This document shows, piece after piece, positions 63,415-64,000 of a DNA stretch of 64,000 nucleotides. Location of the stretch: contig CM059431.1 in assembly GCA_030390025.1 (NCBI GenBank), forward strand, positions 113,462,001-113,526,000, given 5' to 3'. Origin of the DNA: Squalus acanthias. Taxonomy: Eukaryota. The position numbers and the translations under genes were made by a program. Position 1 is the stretch's first letter. Every line of letters starts with the position of its first letter. Below the pieces are notes generated by a model, which did not search any database, was not told the DNA's origin, and saw only the letters and a list, made by a program, of their open reading frames with translations.

Positions 63415-64000
63415 TCCAATTGGTAGGATGTGACTAGTGGTGTCCCCCCGGGATCTGTACTGGGGCTTCAGTTTTTAGCTATATTTAGAAATGATTTAGA
63501 TGAAGGAATAGAGAGCTGTATATCCAAGTGTGCTGATGACACCAAGTTAGATGGCACAGTAAGTAGTGTAGATGGGGTCAGAAAGTTGCAAAGGGACATT
63601 GATAGATTCAGTGAGTGGGCTAAACTGTGGCAGATTGAACTCAGTGTGGGGAACCATGAGGTCAGCAACTTTGGACTTAAGAGAGATAGATCAGAGTATT
63701 TTCTAAATGGTGAGTAGATAGGAATTGTAGAGGAGCAGAGAGATTTAGGGGTCGAAGTACAGAAATCACTAAAAGCTAGTGGACAGGTACAAAATTAATT
63801 AAAAAGGTGAATGGAATGTTGGCCTTTATTTCAAGGGGGAAGGAATACAAAGGGGTGGAAGTTATGCTACAGTTAAATAAAGCTCTGATTTGACCCCATT
63901 TAGAGAACTGCGTTCAGTTCTGGGCCCCGCACCTCAGGAGGGGGTGCAGTACAGAGTTACCAGAATGCTATCAGTGCTGAAAGGGTTAAATTACGAGGGC
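63415..64000 (+). mobile_element. Older CR1 RT fragment running off the window
   Basis: SGVPPGSVLG...CADDTKL...LQRDID with stops. Confidence 0.88.

Overview
This is repeat-dominated eukaryotic (vertebrate) DNA. The repeat mix (CR1 LINEs with an esterase ORF1, L2 LINEs, tRNA/Deu-type SINEs, Penelope-like elements, PIF/Harbinger elements and MITEs) suggests a cartilaginous fish, which is an inference. I found no host protein-coding exon I can support; every recognisable ORF is transposon-derived. Main contents: (1) a nearly intact full-length CR1 (minus strand, 211-5826) with a 74-bp TATA-bearing monomer array at its 5' end, disabled only by a Penelope insertion; (2) six Penelope-like insertions carrying minimal hammerhead-ribozyme motifs, two of them folded into perfect 76-bp palindromes; (3) a decayed two-gene Harbinger transposon plus related MITEs; (4) a single-ORF LINE (38364-46500) that begins with a tRNA-derived Pol III head and has an internally deleted SINE-like derivative in the same window; (5) an LTR element with a tRNA-Leu PBS, no recognisable gag/pol, and remnants of an envelope/fusion-like protein; (6) a decayed Gypsy integrase; (7) two four-level nested insertion stacks. 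Coordinates of old repeats are approximate; all alignments were done by eye.
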